Of a stretch of 64,000 nucleotides of DNA, positions 53,570-64,000 are shown piece after piece (position 1 is the first letter of the stretch; each line of letters opens with the position of its first letter). The position numbers and the translations under genes were made by a program. The stretch comes from Glycera tridactyla (taxonomy: Eukaryota): the NCBI GenBank assembly GCA_965644265.1, contig OZ286470.1, forward strand, positions 78,244,001 to 78,308,000, in the 5' to 3' direction. The notes below the pieces were generated by a model. That model ran no database searches, was not told where the DNA came from, and worked only from the letters and a program-made list of their open reading frames with translations.

Positions 53570-54245
53570 NNNNNNNNNNNNNNNNNNNNNNNNNNNNNNN
53601 NNNNNNNNNNNNNNNNNNNNNNNNNNNNNNNNNNNNNNNNNNNNNNNNNNNNNNNNNNNNNNNNNNNNNNNNNNNNNNNNNNNNNNNNNNNNNNNNNNNN
53701 NNNNNNNNNNNNNNNNNNNNNNNNNNNNNNNGAATAGAATGGATGGATGGGTGGATGAAATGGAATGGATGGTCAAATGGAATNNNNNNNNNNNNNNNNN
53801 NNNNNNNNNNNNNNNNNNNNNNNNNNNNNNNNNNNNNNNNNNNNNNNNNNNNNNNNNNNNNNNNNNNNNNNNNNNNNNNNNNNNNNNNNNNNNNNNNNNN
53901 NNNNNNNNNNNNNNNNNNNNNNNNNNNNNNNNNNNNNNNNNNNNNNNNNNNNNNNNNNNNNNNNNNNNNNNNNNNNNNNNNNNNNNNNNNNNNNNNNNNN
54001 NNNNNNNNNNNNNNNNNNNNNNNNNNNNNNNNNNNNNNNNNNNNNNNNNNNNNNNNNNNNNNNNNNNNNNNNNNNNNNNNNNNNNNNNNNNNNNNNNNNN
54101 NNNNNNNNNNNNNNNNNNNNNNNNNNNNNNNNNNNNNNNNNNNNNNNNNNNNNNNNNNNNNNNNNNNNNNNNNNNNNNNNNNNNNNNNNNNNNNNNNNNN
54201 NNNNNNNNNNNNNNNNNNNNNNNNNNNNNNNNNNNNNNNNNNNNN
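53570..54245. other. N runs (53570-53731 and 53784-54245); others at 19369-19513, 36531-36684 and 49955-50147
   Basis: The runs have irregular lengths (131-462 nt) and most abut simple repeats. They are probably masked or unresolved tandem repeats. Confidence 0.8.
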
Positions 54246-55816
54246 AGAGAGAGACAGCAAGAGGTGCAGTGTGTGAATGTACATGGATCTGTTTCTTGAT
54301 TTTTATTTTCATTCAGCAGGACAATAGACTGCGTGGTAGCAGATTACTCGCTCATGTACACATGACATGTATATAGCAGCAGAGAATATATACACAAATA
54401 AGTAAAAAGGGTCGTACAGAAAATGAAAAAGTGATAAAGAAGATCATGGAAGTGAAGGGCTGATTGCTGAAGGTTGCATCCATACATTTATCTCAGGATA
54501 TCTAGTCACTAGGTTTTCATATCAGATAGTCAGATCTGTAAGATCTGTGGTTTGATCAATCACTGAGGAATGTAGCACTTGATTGCATGCATTGAGGTGG
54601 ATTCATATTTGGAGAAATTCATATAGTTCCTCTCGGAAATGACTGACATTGTCAATTTGGTGTCTGTTTACTTTAAAACATGATACCAAAACAAATGTCA
54701 CATTGACTCCCCGTGTATACAAGTATGGGTCATGATGTGGTATACTTTCTTTGATCAATCACCCTTTTAGAACATGGGTTACTTTGGCCATATTGTCAAT
54801 ACACAGTCGGGTGTGCTTTCATGAGAATTATCTTGCGCCGTGGGTTTTGGGAGATTATGGGGTTCCATGGGATGAATATGTGCCTGAAGTGTCCATTGCC
54901 ATGGCTTGGCTTTGTATGTAGTGTTGGTTTTCAAATTCGTATACATTATACATCAGGGCTAATCCGTATGCGGTTGTTGACACCTTCTTCGGTGATTCTA
55001 TGCCATCCCTTTTGAGATTGCCTACCTGAAAGCAGTAATCTCTTCTTCATGCGGTGTGCGTGTGTACAAAACCATGCCGTCATTGTTGGTCATCCATTTG
55101 AGTCCATAATTGCACACGCATGCTGCACTTTACAAGGAGGGTTAACCCTCCCCACTGCAGCAATATATCAGTTTGGGTAGTGATTTTGGGGTAAATTTGC
55201 TTCATCTGATAAAATATGCTTTACTTTGAATTTTCGAAAAAGAGGAATAATTATCCAGCCATGGACGCTACCTCCACCTGCTTTCATATACACATGCTTC
55301 AGTGTGTATTCTGAGGGCATCTGCCTATCACTACAGTAGCATCTGAGTCTTCCATGGATGATTTTTGTAAATATACTGATTTCTCAAGAAGACTCAGCCT
55401 GCATATGCCTCACCCGTAGGTACAACAGACTTGATGCAGTGTCGCTCATAGTATTCCATATTGGATGAGAGTCATGTGTGTCTCAAATCAGTTTCAGGGA
55501 GATCATTGAAATAAATGTCAGAAGATGGCAGCAAATAGAACCCATTCACTAAAAAGAGGTCTATATCACTATTGAGACAGGTCGCATCCTTTCTGGAACA
55601 ATACTGCACAAGTTCCATAGCATCGTAGCAATTGTGATGACATTTGCAAGGGAAAGTGCTGGTTGGTATGATGATACATGCTTCAATTGTGTGCGTTTCG
55701 AAAAAGCATTCTATTCTGCGCTCACTCACGCACTACTAGAACCAGGATGGGATTGCAGCCCTGCTTGCTCAGGCGAGGATGATTTCCGCGGTATTTCATG
55801 ATGGCAATGCCAGGTC

Positions 55817-56272
55817 GTGTGTCGAAGGTTCATGGACCTAATCCTGCTTTATTGTGCCCATATACCACTTGGGATAATTGGCATATACGACTCCGCCTGG
55901 AGATTATTCTGTGTGGGAAATGAAGCTTCTTCACACATATATTTATGCTGGGAATTCCTAACAGTGAACCGGAATCCATTCTCTCAGTTTGTATGTACTA
56001 TTCCAGCAGAACTGAATTATAATACATCTAGCAAAATCCATCTAGCAAAATACATTCATCTGTTTCGACCGGGTGATGAACCCTCAACGTCATACACAAA
56101 CATTCTTTGGAAAGCTTTACATAATCTCGCCATCCAAACAGTTACAGAAATGGATGTGCCACCTGAGAGTCAAGTGAGGTTTCTGATGAAGGTAGTGGAG
56201 AATTTGAAGAGTAAGCTATGTGTAGTAAACATCTTCTCTGGCACAGCATCATCTCATGTTCAGGGTGTGTGA
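55817..56272 (+). mobile_element. Possible decayed Harbinger-like transposase fragment
   Basis: 151-aa ORF (non-ATG start) with WEFLTVNRNP, PAELNYN and ALHNLAI, loosely echoing WLLTPxRNP, AExRYN and LHNxA. The spacing is shorter than expected. Confidence 0.18.
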
Positions 56273-58209
56273 TAGTGATGCCCGCAGTGAATGGGGCGCT
56301 CTCATGGATCAGGAACACACGGATCACAGAATAGTTTGGATTGATATACGTACCAATAAGCCGTAAGACCAATCAATCAACCAACCTCAGAAATAATTGG
56401 CAGGACGTCTGTAATTTTGAAGCTGAACGTATTGCCTCGATGGCTGCCCTGTCTCATGAAGGAATCTGTGGGCTACACTGAAATACCCACGAAATATTTT
56501 GTCATTGTAATACAAGAGCTGCATATAGAATTATGCTAGTGGCTTGCTCGCAACTCGTCTCTTCAGCAATAATCACGCTTTGAACATGTTTTCTTTGAAC
56601 AGGTGTTCTTTGGAGCAGTTTTTTTTTTTCAGTATTGGCTGACTCCAGTGATGACTGCACATATAAAATCTTCAACTAGAGGTAGATTTAACGATCGGTT
56701 CTTGTAAAACCCAACACTACATCAACACTACACCTACACAGGTACGCCCACACAAGCGCTCAGACGATGATTCCACCAATGGCGTCTCTCACATAAGTGG
56801 GGCAAGCATTGCAGTTACATTTGACGACAAACACGACCGCGATGTGGAGGTCGTTGATGAAATATATGGGACTGTAAAAACGTCATAGTTATCCTCAAGC
56901 CACACTTCAGTTATGTTCCTTCGATGCGTTTATGGTCATATTTAGAAGGATACTAGGCCATTGCGCTGGATATTTATCACTCCAAGCACCATTGATGCTA
57001 CCATACACCACCTTCCGTTGTCAAATCGTTCATTTAATAAGAAACGCCATGATTCCACCCCATACTTTGCCAGTGATGAACAATTTAGATAGGTACACAG
57101 CAGCAGTCACACATATCTTTGGGCAACTCAAACTTGCTTGTAGAGCCATGAGTATGGATTATTTTGTATATTCTGTTGATTTATGTAGCTCTTTGAATTA
57201 ACTATGTAATATGACAGCAATGTCAGACGCTTCGAAGTCGACACATTACACTGTGATGCCTTCTTCCAAAGCTTGTTTGAGTTCTCAGGGTACTGACCCC
57301 TCTCAGAGTCACATAAGCCCCCAATGCACAATATCGTAACACCGATGCAATAGCTCAATGAAAAAACACTAAGAATTTGTTCTGGATCACTGACGAAAGA
57401 TGGGGCGATGTTGGTATCACACACTCAAAGTGTCATTCTAACGATTGGAATAGATTCCTTTGTTCAAACTCTTTTCATAGCACACAGTATGAAATGGAAC
57501 TCCGACCCAGCAAGCCATGGAATGAACAAGCTATTCATTATTAACAAATGTGAACCCATCTGTTAGTTCTAAATGATGTTGATGTTACTTGATTTTGATT
57601 TTGATTTTCAATTTTTTATTTTGATTTTTGATTTTGATTTTGATTTTGATGTTACAGGGGATCCTATCATTCGTTCTTTATCACTACATAACAAATGATA
57701 AGAAGTGTAGGGTAACATGGCACTTGAACTTCAATGTGGCTTTCTTCAGAATCTCACGACCGCTCTGTATTGACACCTAGCCTCGGCCATCGTTGTTTGC
57801 CCGAAGAGGACCAGAATAACCTAGAAATATTTAAAATCACCCCTGGATATCTTGCAATGATAGTTATGAAGTGCTACCTAGTCTAGCTTGATACTTCAAC
57901 ATCTTTCATCTTGAAGCAGTAGGCAGTGACGGCGAAGTGTAATTATTCAATTATGGATTATACAGCTGGATATCTCACTGAAGTACGGAGAGTAAAACAA
58001 ACACTATTTCTGATTGAATACAGAGCAAACATATAACAGTAAAATGAGATGCTTAATATCAGGCGCAAACATTGACTCTGCATAGACGGCAATCACTGAG
58101 CGGATGTGGTGGATACCGCGCATGTTAGCCTTCTCCCAGCATCCCTAGTCCGCCTGCTGATAGGACTGGCTCACCTACAGTCAAATACGTCTTTAAGATA
58201 GTGAACGTG

Positions 58210-58307
58210 TGATCATCATCATCATCTCGACCACCATGATTATGATCATCATGACATCATGATCATGATCTTTATGACATCATTATCACGATCATGAACA
58301 TGGTTAC

Positions 58308-58341
<34 letters not shown>

Positions 58342-58570
58342 GTCATCAGATCATGATCATGATCATGATCATTATGACATTATGACATTATGATCATGAT
58401 CATGAACATGATTACCATCATCATCATCAATATCATTGCCATCATGATCATGATCATCATGATCATGATGATTATGACATTATGAACATGATTACCATCA
58501 TCATGATCATGATCATGATCATCATGATCATCATCATCAACCCATCACCACTACCATCACCACCACCATC
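58210..58570. repeat. (ATC/ATG)n degenerate tract
   Basis: Directly visible. Confidence 0.9.
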
Positions 58571-58579
58571 TCCACGAGC

Positions 58580-58760
58580 TGCATTGGAGATTCTTGACAC
58601 AGAGCTGTGCTGCAATCCGAATTGTCCAAGTATTCTCCGAATATTGCAAAAGGCATTCACAAGTATCGGAGTATTCACGATTGAGCTCCCCTCGAAATAC
58701 TATGCAATCCAACCTGTCTATCAATACCTCACTCGGACATCAGGGAAATTGCACGTAGTC
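58580..58760 (-). mobile_element. Decayed L2-like LINE fragment
   Basis: TPILVNAF...SSVSRISNAAR resembles the L2 pattern TLVHAF...RLQxxQNAAAR. Confidence 0.35.
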
Positions 58761-59739
58761 CTTACGAAGCGGTCAATGTATTGAAAATGTCGGTAATATG
58801 TTGTGACGATAAATTCTTTCTTTAAGCCTGAAGTCCAAAGTAATATTGCAAAACCCCTGTCTGATGTCAACCGCAGATGAATACTTTTCGGGCATAATCA
58901 CCAGCCAAGATATATAGTATGGGTGATTTCGGGAATGACGAAGAATTCAGGTACATACATCTGTATCTCTGAGTGGTCCTAATAGGAAAAGGCAATGGGT
59001 TTATCAGCTTATAATGGTGGTCTATCTCGAGAAAAATTCACACAATTACATTACCCAACTAGCTGGCTTTTAGGAGAGGCAAATATCAGGCTCACTCATC
59101 ATATTATCCTGGTATGAAAAGAGATATAGGATAGATGGCAATTGAAATATATCACGGGAAAATCCTAAGATGTTGAGGTGTCTGCAAGATCGACAAAAAA
59201 GTTAACTCCGTCGAAGAATGATCCCCATATGAGCAAAACATGCAGGTTACTGATATAAATGCACCTATTGGCAAGAGTCACATTGGTTATGTGACCAAGT
59301 GGATCCCACAATCAAAAGGACTCCCCAGTATACAATGCTACAATAATCATTTCCTGGGAGTAATGTTTTCGCAGTCAAGTGACCCTTGTACACAGGTTGG
59401 TTTTCCAGAAAAGCCATACTCAGGCCCATATCTTGAAAATTAGTTTTAGCATATATTCAAGCAAAAATCATCTATGCGCTGTGTGTAATGCAGTTGTTTA
59501 TAGTCTGGCATCCTCAACGAGTTCACCCGACTTCACAGCTAGTTGGTAAACTAATACGTTAGACAAAGTATCACCTCATAATTATCATTACAATATGTTG
59601 AGGATGATGTATTTTGTGTGACATAGAAGAGGGAAAGTTTTCTATAGTCAATCCCACATCTACATTTGGCAAGCAATATGTCGGGTGTATCGGCACAACA
59701 CAGCATATGAAAGGGACGTGATGCGCAGACATCGCACCT

Positions 59740-59930
59740 AATAGAAGCAACTGTACGTCATGATTGGTTGACACACCAAATCGCATATTTGTACTTGGGT
59801 ATCCATCTGAATGGAATAGGGTTTGACCACCTTCATGAATGTTATTCGACGGTGATCGATCCCTTCAAATTGAGCACAGCAATTTTTGAATACAATTGCG
59901 TGCCAATAGATAGTACATATATTGAGGTAC
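59740..59930 (-). mobile_element. Decayed LINE RT thumb fragment
   Basis: TQVQICDLVCQPIMTYSC resembles the LFDxLVxPILxYG pattern. Weak. Confidence 0.25.
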
Positions 59931-60237
59931 ATTTACTTCAGATGTGTCCACCCTTGGCATGGAATGCCAGTTCTTGGCACAATCGTCATGGTGTCTGGAT
60001 CTAACACTAATCTTGACTGACCCTAACCCCATCGGGTGTAGCACTCATCCTAAACACGAGAAAGGTGGTGTAGCTGATGCCTGTTCCATGTTCTCAACTT
60101 GTCATGTAAAATGTGGTCATCTGATGTAGCAATAGGTTCAATGCACACAAGCTAGTCAAATATCCGCCACCATGATGGTTACCAATCCCACAACTAGCTG
60201 CAATAACAACTATTTCAAATCGTGACCATTTTTCATC

Positions 60238-60258
60238 ATGACCATGATGATGATGATA

Positions 60259-60296
<38 letters not shown>

Positions 60297-60308
60297 CATC
60301 ATCATCAT
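60238..60308. repeat. (GAT)n then (CAT)n microsatellite
   Basis: Directly visible. Confidence 0.9.
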
Positions 60309-61686
60309 CAAGTGTGGCGCCGTATGAGTAAACCATGCTGCATCTCTACAATGATTCAATTCTTCCTTATATTCTCAACCGTGGGTGCATGGGGAATCGT
60401 CTTATAAGGTGGCTGTCGCGGTTTCACTCCAAACAAATTGGTCAAACAAATGTCAACATTCAATATGGATGGCAACAATTTGGGTTAGGCATCACGCCTC
60501 ACAAGTGAATTTAATTTGATGTGAAAGTTTGCGAGACAGAGAAGCAAACATGGTCTACACATCGGATACACTCAGGGCAGACACAATCCACAGTGGGTGG
60601 TCATGAGTCGGCATATATTACCAACTCAGCTGCTAACCATCAGCCCATCCTGCACAAGACAAATACAAACTCCATCAAGTGGAACGATGGTCACGCTGGA
60701 AAGTGAATGACTTGAGTAATCATGTCTCACGTCGAAACCAAGTATAGAACAACGTGGGAAGGGCACAAAGAACTAACAATCAAGACATCCAAAAGGATAC
60801 GAAAGGATTCAAAGGATTAAGAAGATGAGGATGAATCCTTATTTCCGCCTCAATACAATTTACAAAACATTCGTACAATTTCATATAACACAGTACTTAT
60901 CGAAATTGTTGAACATATGTATATACAAATAATTATACACATCCCCCGTATGGCCATCACAATCCATCTAAGATGAAACATATTGAAGCATGTTTTGTAT
61001 CCTGTCACAACCTGGGTTGAAGTTTACATCCAATGTTACCTAGGGTGGAAATGGCACTTTCAAGAGAATGGAGCACATCAACGATGGGATAACCCACTTA
61101 CGACCGAACAACAATGTACCGAAGGCGACAGAACGTATGAACGAATATTCAAGTAATCCTTGATATTGATCAATTTGGTAGCATCTCCATACACTGGAAA
61201 GGGTATATGTATTATTTTCTTTTCCATCAGGCTGGCACCCAACAAATCCTGGCCATGTGAGTGATTTTTATGCAAACATAGGCTACTGAATATCATTTTG
61301 CATGTGAAGGTTTTCGATGCAAATAGAGGAAAATGAATATCAATAAGCATGTGAATGGTTCTGATGCAAATAGAGGAAACAAATAGATGTCTCACTGAGA
61401 TGAAAGCACTTCGTGACTTGAGTCTGCGGTAGCAGTGTTTGATTAGACAGATTTCAAGAAAATCAGTATTTGTTTTGATCAACTCTCCTCATGGAATGAG
61501 ATGGCTGGCTAATTCAATATCACCCTTTTGATGACGATGTCGACATTATTGACAGGCTCTGGTTTGCCTAGTTGAAGATGATGATGCCGATGGCATAGAC
61601 GATGACGACGATGATGACAGCGCTGGCGATAATCAACATTATCCTCAACGATCATTGAAGTGATCCATTCGACTGGATACATGAGT

Positions 61687-61931
61687 ATATTCACAATAGA
61701 TTCTTTAATCACAGTCGGAAATGTCACTCACTGTGTTCCCATGTGCTGTCAGCCATCTTTCTCAAAACTGTGTCGCCACTAGATGGAGCTGTGGCGATCT
61801 GCGCGATTATGACATCGCCACAGCTCCATCTAGTGGCAACACAGTTCTGAGAAAGATGGCTGACAGCACATCGAAATCGTCATCACAGTGAGTGACATTC
61901 CCGGCTCTGACGGGAGAATCCATTGTGAATA
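61687..61931. mobile_element. Foldback / MITE-like palindrome
   Basis: Inner arms 61741-61798 and 61814-61871 are 58-bp inverted repeats with 2 mismatches around a 15-nt loop. The outer arms of about 49 bp are roughly 80% complementary. Confidence 0.75.
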
Positions 61932-64000
61932 TTATCCCCTCCGACGGGAGCGCAGAGAAACTAAGACGTATTTGGCCATGATTGACTGATTAGATACATG
62001 CGACAAAAATATACAGTTAAGCATAACATATGACAACCTACCTCTGGGTCACATTTCTCCTGGATGAATTCCTTTTCGTTTGAGAAATACCGCGAACTCC
62101 GACTATTGACATCGCAATAGTTCGGAGGAAACTGATTTCATCTCGTTCATCTTGAATGCTCACCTCGATTGTTTAGACTGTAGGACTGCTCCTGTATAGC
62201 TACATATAGTGATGGGATCTGATCGAATTAGGTATTCCATTGGCCGCCATGGACTCACTATTGAACATTTTTTCTCTTCTAGTATTTTGCTATATGCACG
62301 TTTTAGTTTTTGGTGTGTGAGTCTGTATGTTAGTTTGAGTTTGTGTGTGTAGGTGTCTGCGCGAATGTGCGTGTGTGTGTGTGTGTTCGAGTTTGTGTGA
62401 AGGCGTCTGTGCAAGTCTGTGTGTGAATATGTGTTAGGTGGTACTAAACTCAAATCCAAATGTGGCGGGTACGTTTCAGACGCTAACTTCGCTATTTCTT
62501 GTCCGATTTTACTTTCAGTGGCACGAATAGAATGCATGGATCTTCCAACGATCATTGAATCTGGTTTCAGGTCATCTACATTTTTGTGAACAGGATATAG
62601 TCCGTTGGTCAGTCTTATACTTACAATAGCCAACCTGGAAATGTTCCCTACCCTGAAGTCTTTTGATGGACTTGTACTTCCATGGGGTCCCCAAGCAAAT
62701 TTAGCTGGGTTGTCGAAACGACGACCTTGAGCAATTTTGCTAATTTGCATAAATCCCAAATTGCCGCCGATGGCCATCTTGAAAATCTAACTTTTGACTG
62801 GATTGACATAAAATGAAGTGTAATACCTCTTTTTGCAGGTTTTGGGGGTCACAGAATGCATTTCGGGCATTGTTCCATTGACTCTGGACATTTTTGTGTA
62901 CTGTTTGATGCATAGTCCGGCAGCCAAACTTCAGGGTAGGGAACAATTCTAGGTTCATGAAATGACCAGTGTACTAATACGCCATCATTTCGTTACGTTT
63001 TCACGACAAATCCGCCGGCATTATCGTCTGATATTCCCTATGTGAAACAATGGAGATATGGCCGCGAAACAAGCTTGAAATTGACATATTCGACGTTCTA
63101 AGGTGAAATATACAAGGGGATTATTCCGCCACGATTGAAGTCGACAGACTTCAGTAGACACGCTGTGCATTCAGGTAGGTTACTCACCTCCGGCACAGCG
63201 TAGTGTAGTGGGAGTACATAATTCTCGCCATAGATGATCGCGACGAGAGAGAGAGAGTGAAGAATAGACAAGGTGTCACTAGAATCGCGCTATAATGGCT
63301 TTCTAAAATTAAATGGTGCCATGCCATTGTTAGCGTGGGTGAGACCTGCATTAGTTATGTGCTGTCATGCAGCGCTGAGCTCATGTCAGATCAATACAAG
63401 CTCGTTATGGAATAGATATGGCATGCCCGCATTGGTCCAGTAATAAGCCAATTCAGAACGGTACTTGTCTAGTACTAGTCATAACGACTCGTGGCAATTA
63501 GGAAAAAACGTCATCTCAATGTTTTCCGGTGAATATCTTCAAATGCATGTGCCTTTCCATCCTGAATCTCGGATTCACTTTAAAATGATATAGGATGTGT
63601 AGACCTTCATCTGTCAGCCAGTAACGGCCCAATACTGGCCAGATGTAGTGATGTATGCTCGTATATACACACACACATTCTCAATGACATCATGATTGCT
63701 ATAACTCAGTAGGATTCGATCGGGTGAACAATGCCGACGAACTCGAATATTTGTCCAGTGATGTCGGTGAAATTATTGATATTAATATCATGATATTTGA
63801 TATTATGTACATCGATACTACGTGCATGTAGAGGAGATGCCCCATCATTTCGCAGAGATCAACTTAAGTTCATATGAGTCCAATTATGGCAACCTTCTTC
63901 TTACCACTCCTGCTTGGGGCTGCAGTTTAGATGACAAGAATGGAACATATTTTAACACTTTTTGCAAGCAGCCAATTGATTAAATCAATGAAATCTGTTA

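Noticed and set aside
3126-54376. Long ORFs over microsatellites or N runs (e.g. 3126-3629, 19536-20141, 24417-24870, 41069-41791, 53472-54376)
   Set aside because: These are translations of simple repeats lacking stop codons or of N stretches, not genes.
61700-61727. TFPTVI as a third TM1-type exon
   Set aside because: There is no TM1 upstream and no CNxN downstream. It is the arm of the foldback element.
62745-62777. IGGNLGF resembling the DEG/ENaC TM2 GGxLGL motif
   Set aside because: No GxS selectivity motif follows. The DNA (ttttcaagatggcc...atttatgcaaatta) looks like a common interspersed repeat, and no flanking ENaC exons were seen.
63188-63231. Minus-strand ATG mini-exon MARIMYSHYTTLCR with a strong AG|gtgagt donor
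   Set aside because: It is phase 2, so it cannot splice to exon A (phase 1). It has no homology and no partner exon in the window.

Overview
Eukaryotic (animal, probably marine invertebrate) genomic DNA. It is AT-rich, mostly intronic or intergenic, dense in microsatellites and decayed transposons, and has seven N runs, most of them flanked by simple repeats. The one well-supported gene is the 5' end of a DEG/ENaC (degenerin/ENaC/ASIC superfamily) channel on the minus strand. It has one HG-motif exon (15050-14948, FTQETTFHGVRYI), missed by the ORF track. This is followed by two paralogous 168-bp exons (8894-8727 and 4330-4163), each encoding TM1 plus the FPTVTxCNxN motif, with identical phase-2/phase-2 GT-AG boundaries. 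I found no second HG exon and no downstream ENaC exons between the two copies, so the best reading is a pair of mutually exclusive TM1 exons. This is the most interesting signal in the window. A candidate first coding exon lies 14 kb further upstream (29115-28995). The rest comprises a young tRNA-derived SINE with a 13-bp target-site duplication, LINE and Penelope-like relics, three foldback (MITE-like) elements, a 680-bp tandem duplication and simple repeats. Most ORF-track entries are microsatellite or chance ORFs. There is no CRISPR array, rRNA or true tRNA gene. All family assignments are by eye from recalled motifs; no database search was run.
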